A stretch of 64,000 nucleotides of DNA, taken from the NCBI GenBank assembly GCA_964247055.1, contig OZ176053.1, positions 930,001 through 994,000 on the forward strand. The letters run 5' to 3'. The notes beneath the pieces were generated by a model. The model saw only the letters and a list, made by a program, of their open reading frames with translations, made no database searches and was not told where the DNA came from. The translations under genes and the position numbers were made by a program. This document shows positions 1-10,338 of this stretch, piece after piece; position 1 is the stretch's first letter, and the number at the start of each line of letters is the position of its first letter. This DNA comes from Paragordius varius. Its lineage: Eukaryota > Animalia > Nematomorpha.

Positions 1-3000
1 CTTTTTGAAAAATCTCGTGAAAATGCGCTTTCTTTTTAAAAGATCTCCTAAAAATGCGCTATCTTTTTAAAATATCTCCTAAAAATGCGCTTTCTTTTTT
101 AAAAAATCTCCTAAAAAGTTAATTCACTAAAAATGCGCTCTCTTTTTGAAAAATCTCGTGAAAATGCGCTTTCTTTTTAAAAGATCTTGTAAAAATGCGC
201 TTTCTTTTTAAAAGATCTCCTAAAAATGCGCTATCTTTTTAAAATATCTCCTAAAAATGCGCTATCTTTTTAAAATATCTCCTAAAAATGCGCTTTCTTT
301 TTAAAAAAATCTCCTAAAAATGTGCATTTTTTTATTGAAAAATATCCTAAAAAGTTAATCGAAAATTATCTAAAAATCGGTAATTTTTATTTACAATTTA
401 CTAAAAATGAGCTTTTTTTAAAAAAATGTCCTAAAAATGCGCGTTCTTTTTAAAAAAAATCTCCTAAAAAGTTAATTCACTAAAAATGCGCTCTCTTTTT
501 GAAAAATCTCGTGAAAATGCGCTTTCTATTTAAAAGCTCATGAAAATGGGCTTTCTTTTTAAAAGATCTTGTAAAAATGCGCTTTCTTTTTAAAAGATCT
601 CCTAAAAATGCGCTCTCTTTTTAAAAAAATCTCCTAAAAAGTTAATTCACTAAAAATGCGCTTTTTTTTAAAAAATCTCCTAAAAATGCGCTTTCTTTTT
701 GAAAAATCTCGTGAAAATGCGCTTTCTTTTTAAAAGATCTTGTAAAAATGCGCTTTCTTTTTAAAAGATCTCCTAAAAATGCGCTATCTTTTCAAAATAT
801 CTCCTAAAAATGCGCTATCTTTTTAAAATATCTCCTAAAAATGCGCTATCTTTTTAAAATATCTCCTAAAAATGCGCTATCTTTTTAAAAAATCTCCTAA
901 AAATGCGCTTTCTTTTTAAAATATCTCCTAAAAATGCGCTATCTTTTTAAAAAATCTCCTAAAAATGCGCTTTCTTTTTAAAAAAATCTCCTAAAAAGTT
1001 AATTCACTAAAAATGCGCTTTCTTTTTAAAAAATCTCTTAAAAATGCGCTTTCTTTTTTAAAAAAATCTCCTAAAAAGTTAATTCACTAAAAATGCGCTC
1101 TCTTTTTGAAAAATCTCGTCAAAATGCGCTTTCTATTTAAAATATCTCCTAAAAATGCGCTCTCTTTTTAAAAAAATCTCCTAAAAAGTTAATTCACTAA
1201 AAATGCGCTTTTTTTAAAAAAAATCTCCTAAAAATGCGCTTTCTTTTTGAAAAATCTCGTGAAAATGCGCTTTCTTTTTAAAAGATCTTGTAAAAATGCG
1301 CTTTCTTTTTAAAAGATCTTGTAAAAATGCGCTTTCTTTTTAAAAGATCTCCTAAAAATGCGCTATCTTTTCAAAATATCTCCTAAAAATGCGCTATCTT
1401 TTTAAAATATCTCCTAAAAATGCGCTATCTTTTTAAAATATCTCCTAAAAATGCGCTATCTTTTTAAAAAATCTCCTAAAAATGCGCTTTCTTTTTAAAA
1501 AAATCTCCTAAAAATGCGCTCTCTTTTTAAAAAAATCTCCTAAAAAGTTAATTCACTAAAAATACGCTTTCTTTTTAAAAAATCTCCTAAAAATGCGCTT
1601 TCTTTTTTAAAAAATCTCCTAAAAAGTTAATTCACTAAAAATGCGCTCTCTTTTTGAAAAATCTCGTGAAAATGCGCCTTCTTTTTAAAAGATCTCGTGA
1701 TAATGCGCTTTCTTTTTAAAAGATCTCCTAAAAATGCGCTATCTTTTTAAAATATCTCCTAAAAAGTGAATTCACTAAAAATGCGCTCTCTTTTTGAAAA
1801 ATCTCCTAAAAATGCGCTATCTTTTTAAAAAATCTCCTAAAAATGCGCTTTCTTTTTAAAAAAATCTCCTAAAAAGTTAATTCACTAAAAATGCGCTTTC
1901 TTTTTAAAAAATCTCCTAAAAATGCGCTTTCTTTTTAAAAAAATCTCCTAAAAAGTTAATTCACTAAAAATGCGCTTTCTTTTTAAAAAAAATCTCCTAA
2001 AAAGTTAATTCACTAAAAATGCGCTCTCTTTTTGAAAAATCTCGTGAAAATGCGCTTTCTATTTAAAAGCTCATGAAAATGGGCTTTCTTTTAAAAGATC
2101 TTGTAAAAATGCGCTTTCTTTTTTAAAAAATCTCCTAAAAAGTGAATTCACTAAAAATGCGCTCTCTTTTTGAAAAATCTCGTGAAAATGCGCTTTCTTT
2201 TTAAAAGATCTTGTAAAAATGCGCTTTCTTTTTAAAAGATCTCCTAAAAATGCGCTATCTTTTTAAAATATCTCCTAAAAATGCGCTATCTTTTTAAAAT
2301 ATCTCCTAAAAATGCGCTTTCTTTTTAAAAAAATCTCCTAAAAATGTGCATTTTTTTATTGAAAAATATCCTAAAAAGTTAATCGAAAATTATCTAAAAA
2401 TCGGTAATTTTTATTTACAATTTACTAAAAATGAGCTTTTTTTAAAAAAATGTCCTAAAAATGCGCGTTCTTTTTAAAAAAAATCTCCTAAAAAGTTAAT
2501 TCACTAAAAATGCGCTCTCTTTTTGAAAAATCTCGTGAAAATGCGCTTTCTATTTAAAAGCTCATGAAAATGGGCTTTCTTTTTAAAAGATCTTGTAAAA
2601 ATGCGCTTTCTTTTTAAAAGATCTCCTAAAAATGCGCTCTCTTTTTAAAAAAATCTCCTAAAAAGTTAATTCACTAAAAATGCGCTTTTTTTTAAAAAAT
2701 CTCCTAAAAATGCGCTTTCTTTTTGAAAAATCTCGTGAAAATGCGCTTTCTTTTTAAAAGATCTTGTAAAAATGCGCTTTCTTTTTAAAAGATCTTGTAA
2801 AAATGCGCTTTCCTTTTAAAAGATCTCCTAAAAATGCGCTATCTTTTCAAAATATCTCCTAAAAATGCGCTATCTTTTTAAAATATCTCCTAAAAATGCG
2901 CTATCTTTTTAAAATATCTCCTAAAAATGCGCTATCTTTTTAAAATATCTCCTAAAAATGCGCTATCTTTTTAAAAAATCTCCTAAAAATGCGCTTTCTT

Positions 3001-3365
3001 TTTAAAAAAATCTCCTAAAAAGTTAATTCACTAAAAATGCGCTATCTTTTTAAAATATCTCCTAAAAATGCGCTTTCTTTTTAAAAAATCTCCTAAAAAT
3101 GCGCTTTCTTTTTTAAAAAATCTCCTAAAAAGTGAATTCACTAAAAATGCGCTCTCTTTTTGAAAAATCTCGTGAAAATGCGCTTTCTTTTTAAAAGATC
3201 TTGTAAAAATGCGCTTTCTTTTTAAAAGATCTCCTAAAAATGTGCATTTTTTATTGAAAAATATCCTAAAAAAGTTAATCGAAAATTATCTAAAAATCGG
3301 TAATTTTTATTTACAATTTACTAAAAATGAGCTTTCTTTTTAAAATATCTCCTAAAAAAATGCAT
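1..3365. repeat. AT-rich satellite array, ~31-bp monomer AAAAATGCGCTTTCTTTTTAAAAAATCTCCT with ~16-bp AAAAAGTTAATTCACT sub-units (continues left of the window)
   Basis: About a hundred monomers read directly. A rare variant block (TGTGCATTTT...) recurs at 321, 2345 and 3241, giving a ~2.02-kb higher-order repeat. Confidence 0.97.
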
Positions 3366-3439
3366 TTTTGTTAAAAAGTGACCGAAAATTTCGGTTTTAA
3401 CAAAACTCTTTTTTATTTTAATGTATCATTTGTTTTTAT

Positions 3440-3950
3440 CTAATCAGCTGTCTTTATCTAATCAGCTGTTAGTATTTCAGCTGTTTTTATAATTTAGTTG
3501 TTTTTATTTATCAGTTGTTTTTTTATAAATTAGTTGTTTTTTATATATCAGTTGTTTTTTATATATCAGTTGTTTTTATATATCAGTTGTTTTTATATAT
3601 CAGTTGTTTTTATATATCAGTTGTTTTAAAAATCAGTTGATATAAATCGGTTGTTTTTATAAATCAGTTGTTTTTACAAATCAGTTGTTTTTACAAATCA
3701 GTTGCTTTTATAAATCAGTTGCTTTTATAAATCAGTTGTTTTTATAAATCAGTTGTTTTTATAAATCAGTTGTTTTTATATATCAGTTGTTTTTATTTCA
3801 GTTGTTTTTATAAATCAGTTGTTTTTATTATTCAGTTGTTTTTATTTTATCAGTTGTTTTTATTTTATCAGTTGTTTTTTATAAATCAGTTGTTTTTGTT
3901 ATTAATTTGCTTTGTCAGTTGTTTTTCATTATAAAGCAGTTGATTTTCCT
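3440..3950. repeat. Minisatellite, ~15-16-bp unit ATCAGTTGTTTTTAT
   Basis: Tandem units visible. A differently amplified homologue lies at ~23760-24200. Confidence 0.9.
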
Positions 3951-5482
3951 TAAAAGAGTGATTGAATATTTAATGACGAGTCAAACAACCTTATTTAGTA
4001 TTTAAATGTAACAAAACTCAAACATATATGTTTTTTAATAACAGATGTTAAAATTCGTAATATAACGATAAAGGATAATTAATTAGAATAAAATGAAAGT
4101 ATATTTAAATATTATAAACGATATGTGAAACCCTTCGTCAATAGTAATCACAGACTAGTTTCGTGCTTGTTAGCACTCATCAATACGAATCTATTTAATT
4201 ACCTTTATCGTTATATTACGGATTTTAACAACTGTTATTACAAAAAATAACCAATCCGTTATTTACCATTACAATATATGTTTTTTATTTATCAGTTTAT
4301 ATTTATCAATTATTTTTATTTATTTATTGTTTTTATTCAATCAGTTGTTTTATCTGTTTTTATACAATGTTTTATAGGCTATTTTAAAGTTTTGATATAA
4401 TGTCTTTATATGGTTTAAAACATTTTTAGCTAAAATTTTTCATAGCGTTTTTATTAAATTAAATTTAATTATGTAACAAATATATTTATTCTTCAAATTT
4501 AGATATGTATAGCTTCCCTTAATTCGTGCAAAAACTAAAACGAAACGTATAGAAGAACTCAACTCAACCTTGAATTATCCCAAAGATGGTAATTATTTTT
4601 ACTTTTTAAAGAATGATTTTCTTAATGTTTTGAAGACAAAAATGTTTTTAATAATATATTTTTTCCTTAAATTATTTTTTAAAAAAAAGAGTTATTTATA
4701 TACCAACTATATAAAAACCGTAAAAGTCAGCTGATATTTATAGATAACTTTTACTTTATGGCTTAAAGGATTTAAAATGAATTAAAGAATTTTTTAAAAC
4801 TTTCTCTTGGAAGCTGATAATACAACACCCACTATTTAGCAAAATGTATGAAAACTTTTAAATTATATATTTTATTTAAAACATTACTATTATATGCATT
4901 CTTATGCTACCCTATTTGATTTATTAATAATATTTATTTCTTTCCTAACTCACTTATGAAACTTACAATTATTTTTAGATTAGATATTATCTTTTGAAAG
5001 ATTTTGTAAATATATAAATAAATTTTTGTTTTGAGTTTTAGCTTTATAAATTTTTATATAACATAGAATGAGTCAACCGACCACTCTGTGGAAAACCGAA
5101 ATATTTGGCTTACTATTATTTGGAAGTGGTATAAATATTTTAATTATATAACCGTTGTTTTCATTAAACTATAATTAATTTACATTGAACTTATATTTTT
5201 ATATTAACGCCTTAAACAAATTGGATTTATTTTAGAACAGCTAAAATTAAATTTTTCACTATCGCTATCTTTTCATAAAGCGGATGACCAAACCCCATTT
5301 TTTAGGAAAAAGCTGTTTATTTGCTATAACAATTTATTTTATGAATCATTTTTATTAATTATATTTTTTTTCCATCGATATCTTGTTTAAATTTTTTTCA
5401 TACAGTATGTATCTATTTTTGAATAATTTTGATCTTTTTGGTAACATGTCGATGTTGTTTAACAGTAAGCTTTGATGGTGCA

Positions 5483-5880
5483 TCATCGTAAGCTATCCAT
5501 CGTGTTTTTTATGAAATAATTCTTTATCAATAGAATCTGTTTTAGCAGATTGTGTTCTTGGATCTCCAGATCAATCTTTTTATCCCAGGTTAGGCGTAGG
5601 CGACCGAGCTTATTGTTCCCGGGTGGAATGATGTCGAATGAGGTCCTGATCGGATTGTCAGGATTCATTTTTTTTGAATTGGGTAAATTTGTCTATTGGC
5701 ACCATTTTTATGTGATTGCGGATATCTTGGGGATTTAGTTGCGTTGACATCAAGCGTAGTATGCGATTTCCGCGCTGATAAAACCTTTTTCTTGAGGTTG
5801 TGTTAATGCCATGGTTTCTGTAGCATATGTCAAAATTGGTCTTATGCCCATTTTATAAATTAAGCCTTTTCTTTTATGTG
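5483..5880 (-). mobile_element. Decayed 3' end of an RTE-clade LINE (RT C-terminal region)
   Basis: Minus-strand frames read LIYKMGIRPILTYATETMALT and MNPDNPIRTSFDIIPPGNNKLGRLRLTWD, resembling the RTE C-terminal IYKxxIRPxLTYAxExW and PxGxRxxGRPRxxW motifs. Frameshifted. Confidence 0.7.
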
Positions 5881-6309
5881 GGGTTTATATCTAATTCTAC
5901 TATGCCTTATTATCTATCACTGTAAATAATTTGCTATATTAAGTTTTTTTGGTGTAGTTACGAACTTTCGAATTAATATTTTTTTAGTAATCATTTTTAA
6001 AATGATTCTAGGTGGTTGATTGAAGTTATGTAAAACAGTTAAAGTATGTTTTTGGGTAAGAAATATATTTGTTTTACTTAAACCCGCTATTTTCATTAAA
6101 AATGATTGTTTAATATATCATTGATAAGTTTATTTGATGTTCTTTAACTTTGTCACATGTGGATAAATATTTTATTGTTTTCCTTCCCAACGTAAATCCC
6201 TACCATAGGCTCAACTTTTATTAAAGACATTATTGTATGGCTTTTAGGTAATGAAATTAGGGTTACTAGAAATAATCATTTTAGCAATATAAGGAATAAC
6301 TTTAAGGGC

Positions 6310-6415
6310 TTCGAGTTTGTGGGCTAGGGTTAGGGTGAGGGATTGGAGTTGGTTCATTTTCCTAAAGAAGTCCGCAGGACTTCCTCGGGCTGCGAAGCAG
6401 GCCGAGACCCACGCA
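6310..6415 (+). repeat. Short dispersed element with twin GNA-loop hairpins (copy 1)
   Basis: Inverted near-identical copy at 17786-17900. Hairpins are GAAGTCC-GCA-GGACTTC and CGGGCTGC-GAA-GCAGGCCG. Confidence 0.75.
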
Positions 6416-7319
6416 TTTTTTTAATTTTATCCTCCAAACCCTTCTCTCTAAATTTGTAGATTTCTTTTATTTTTCTAATTCTGTTTTTTTTGTTCATAAT
6501 TTTATACCATTTTAGAAGACTTCAAAATTTTATTTGTCTGCGAACATTTCAATAGAATCCTAATAATGATTTGTAAAGAAATTAAAGCCTTTTACATTTT
6601 CATGGGCTGGGTTAGGTTAGGTACAGGATTTCTTTATTATTTTTTATAAGTTTTACTTAATCATAAAATTGGAATTTGTCAGCTAATTTTTTGTTTTAAT
6701 TTAGGAAGTAGAATTGTTAATCCCTGCTAAATTGTAAAGTAACTGCATAATTTTGAAGAACTGGAAAGCTAATTTATTTGGACGGTGAAAGCTCTTTTCC
6801 CAGCATTATTCTTATAAGCTATTGAGTAACATTAAATTTGTTTTTAGCCTTTTTACGGTGTTGGATTGAATTTTTTTGGGTCTATTTAATTCAAGGCGAG
6901 TTTGTGCACTATGGTTAGGTTAGAGTTTCCCGAATTATAAATAAGCCACAAAAACTATAATTATGCTAATTTTATGTTTTTATTCATTCAGAAACAAACA
7001 CTATTGACCGAGAAACAGAAAACAAAACTGGGACAACTACACAAGAAACAAAGCGAACTTACCAGAAGAAACATAAATTTCATCTAGACAAGAATTAATA
7101 TGGAACAATCAATAATTTAAATATATAAGATTCAATAAATGATAAAAATGTTTTATTTTATCTTTTTTTAAAAAAAATTAAAAAATATCAATAAATATAT
7201 ATAATTCCCCCCCCCCCCCCCAAAAGGCGAGAAAAAAAAATTAAAAAATATTCTAAGTCCAAAACTTAATTTTGAGCGACCGGGAGTATGAGTGCTCAAA
7301 ATGAAATTTTAGACTTAGG

Positions 7320-7940
7320 GGCCGACTCTTTCATGGGATAAATAAATCCTCCTTCACACGTTTGGAGAAAACAACTCTCTCAAAGAGTTGATTTTCCCCA
7401 AAGGAGGAAATGTTCTCCCACGAGAGAGTCTGCCCTGTAGAATGAGAGTTTGTTGCCCATCCAAATCATCCCCGAGTAACACGCAGGTTGTTGCATTGAG
7501 GACCCTACCAAGGCTCGTTGTCCATCGTGGCTTACAAGCTCCGCAAAGGACGTCTCACCACTAAGCCAATCCATACCTAAACATTACATTTACCTCGAAA
7601 TACGTAGCATCCTTTTCACGTTTGGCTCTTGTCCATATATCCTCCCATCGATCGGCCACTTCCAAGTCCCGCGCATTCGATCTTTCCAAGGTTCTGGTCA
7701 AAGCTCCGCAATGAACGCCTTTTTCCCATAGTTTGTGCCAATCAACCTAAATAATACATTTACCTCGTAATAGAAGCATTCGTTTGGCCCTTGCAATCTC
7801 TGGTTTCTAGTCTTCATTCGCGTTCCCATCCCTTTCCGTATGATAAGAAGGCTTAAGTCCTTCAAAAATACGTTTCCAACCATCCTTCTCTTATATATTT
7901 ATTTAAATTGCGATAATAGGCGCTCAAATCACTCAATACA
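7320..7940. other. Unexplained GC-richer island with an internal ~170-bp degenerate duplication, flanked by a poly(C) tract at ~7207-7221; probably TE-derived
   Basis: Sharp compositional contrast with the flanks. Second copy at ~28290-28920. No recognisable protein. Confidence 0.5.
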
Positions 7941-9099
7941 TCTATATATTAACTTTTAATTTTCAAGCGTTAACATAAACAAAGTGTGAAATTTATGAAA
8001 CCGAGGGTCATCTTTGAGATTATCTATTTAAATATATTTGATTAAATTCACCAGCTTAATTCCTTTTTATATGCTCTCTATATGTATTTTATCAGCGGAA
8101 TTGGTAAAAATAGCCAAAAATATACATATATGCATTATACTGTAATGCCATTAAATAATTATATTTTAATTTGCACATGGAGCGCATAATTTCATTCAAT
8201 CCAGCTGATCACTCTTAGTCTGTAAAACATATCAAGGTGTATCATGAAAGGGTGTAGCATACCCACGTACTGAAATTTTGCCCAGTTGCCAATGATTTAG
8301 ATTTTACCCAAATTGTTATTTGTATCGGAATTAATAGAAAGCTTTTAGAGCGCAGTGATATAAGATACACACACATCTTATGCTATAAAAGTATTTTATT
8401 GGTTTATAATATATCAAAGCTCCTGAAAGACCATAAAAAAGCCAGGCAAGAAACCCAAATACATTTTCGGATTGCAGTCTCTCAATGTGATAAAATGTAT
8501 TTAATTTATGTGATATAATTGTAAATATATGCTTAATTTAAAAAATTTATAAACGTGATTTTTTTTACAGTTTGTTAATAAAAAGTTGTATCCATATTCT
8601 TATTTTAGTTAATATATTATTTATATTTTTGTGTACTATTTTATAAAATGCCTTTATTAATAATTATATTTTAAATGAGTTTGATTGTAAATTTTAAGAA
8701 CCTAATGGTAATATATTATATTTTGGATATTATCATTTGTACAAAATGAAAATACAATTTCTAATAGTATTTTATTACTATCACCAATTTTAAAATTTAA
8801 GTTCATCTATATAAAATAATCACCTCTATTTTGCAAAAACTATAAAAAATATTAATTCTTCAAAAACAAAAAATGGATGACAATGCATTTCTTTATATCT
8901 TAACTTATTTATCATCTCTTGCTTTCATTTTGTGTATATATATAATTTTCCGAAAAAAAGAGATATTATTAAAAATAATAACATTCTATATTTAATTTTT
9001 GGATGACACCAATTATAATTTTTGTATACACGCTTGAAAATCGTGGCGTATTCATTTTAAAGTGTTTCGCAAAAAAGGGAAGGCAGGTAACGTAATGTA

Positions 9100-10338
9100 A
9101 TGAAGTTACAAAAACCAACAATCCTCATATACGGAGACAATGAAAACGTAAATGCAAAAATTATTCATGCCTTAGCTATTGTATTTGTGTTTGGTGTGAT
9201 TGGTAACATTGTTATATTGGCTATAGTTTTGAGTGAAAAACACGGGACAATAAACGATTCTCGCCGTAAATTCCGCCATTGTATCATCTACATTGCAAGT
9301 TTATCCATCACACTTTTTTGTTTTATGCTCACTTGGGTGAATCACGATATGAAAAGACCGCAAAAAACGCATTCCCTCAGATCGGCATATTGGTTTGCTC
9401 ATGTGGATTGGTTTGTGGAGGACATTCTACTAACCATTATAAATTATGTGTTATGTTACATGGCAATAGATCGAATGTTGGCTACGGTTAAGCCGGTGTT
9501 TTATCTCAATTACATGACCCTAAAAACGTTAAATATTGTCATTGCTTGCATATTTGTCGGGAGTGTCACCATGTCGATTCCTCTCATTTTTTATTACCAA
9601 GTTTTTCGAATCTTCATAAGTCCTGTAACACTCCGCATTGAATACTTGGTAGGTTTAAGTCCCAAAGTATGGACATCAGCCCAATCGAAAACTGTAATGT
9701 CTCTCCTACCAAAGGGTCCGGAAACAGCATTTTATTTTTCTAATGATTTCTTCACGAATGCCACAACAATGAACAATCAAAGCAGCGTTCATTATATTAC
9801 ACAATACATGGTGCTCGCTAACAATAACGTAGCTAACTTTTCCCTTGTGTACGATCGCTGGTCTGGCGTCATAAATGATTTAGTTCCTACTCTTATATTA
9901 ATCACATGTAATTTAGTTACACTTTTTGGCTTGTGTCGTCGATTTAGGAGACAAAAAAACCGTATACTAGCTTCAGGCATGGTACCTAATCAACAACACA
10001 GCATTATTATAATTAACGTGGGCAATTCACCAACTTCGATGGAGACCGCACAAGATAACACAACTGAAAGCAAAATTCAATCAATCCGCACTAAAAACCG
10101 AGATTTAACTCTAATGACCCTAGTTTTAAGTCTGACTGCCCTTGTATTTTCAACACCATGGACCATTTACGTATTCATGAAGGATAAGGCTTGGACCGAC
10201 GGGCTTATAGATGAACGTCCCTACCTGCAATTCCTAGTTTATGTAATGTTATATGGTCAATACAGTATCTATCCCTACATTATTATATCAACTACACCCC
10301 ATTTCAGGCATAAGATTGCACAAACGCTACATATATAA
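9100..10338 (+). CDS. Class A (rhodopsin-like) GPCR, FMRFamide/Srw-like orphan peptide receptor, intronless, 412 aa
   Basis: Seven hydrophobic segments. TM1 GVIGNIV, TM3 MAIDRM (DRY-like), TM5 DLVPTLILITCN, TM6 FSTPW, TM7 YSIYPYII followed by helix-8 PHFR. Confidence 0.9.
   Translation: MKLQKPTILIYGDNENVNAKIIHALAIVFVFGVIGNIVILAIVLSEKHGTINDSRRKFRHCIIYIASLSITLFCFMLTWVNHDMKRPQKTHSLRSAYWFAHVDWFVEDILLTIINYVLCYMAIDRMLATVKPVFYLNYMTLKTLNIVIACIFVGSVTMSIPLIFYYQVFRIFISPVTLRIEYLVGLSPKVWTSAQSKTVMSLLPKGPETAFYFSNDFFTNATTMNNQSSVHYITQYMVLANNNVANFSLVYDRWSGVINDLVPTLILITCNLVTLFGLCRRFRRQKNRILASGMVPNQQHSIIIINVGNSPTSMETAQDNTTESKIQSIRTKNRDLTLMTLVLSLTALVFSTPWTIYVFMKDKAWTDGLIDERPYLQFLVYVMLYGQYSIYPYIIISTTPHFRHKIAQTLHI

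Noticed and set aside
1-3365. CRISPR-like periodicity of ~31-bp units
   Set aside because: No unique spacers, no cas genes, eukaryotic context; it is a satellite.
6600-6925. GGTTAGGTTAGG / GGGTTAGGG telomere-like motifs
   Set aside because: Only 2-3 units embedded in dispersed repeats; not an interstitial telomere array.
7560-7775. Spliced-leader RNA or U1 snRNA genes (TTCGAG|GTAAAT resembles a nematode SL donor; ACATTTACCTCG resembles the U1 5' end)
   Set aside because: No Sm-binding U-tract at the expected distance, no SL-like leader, and no U1 stem-loop sequence.
9080-9100. Strong donor CAG|GTAA just upstream of the GPCR ATG
   Set aside because: The ORF is complete without splicing and no partner acceptor could be supported.
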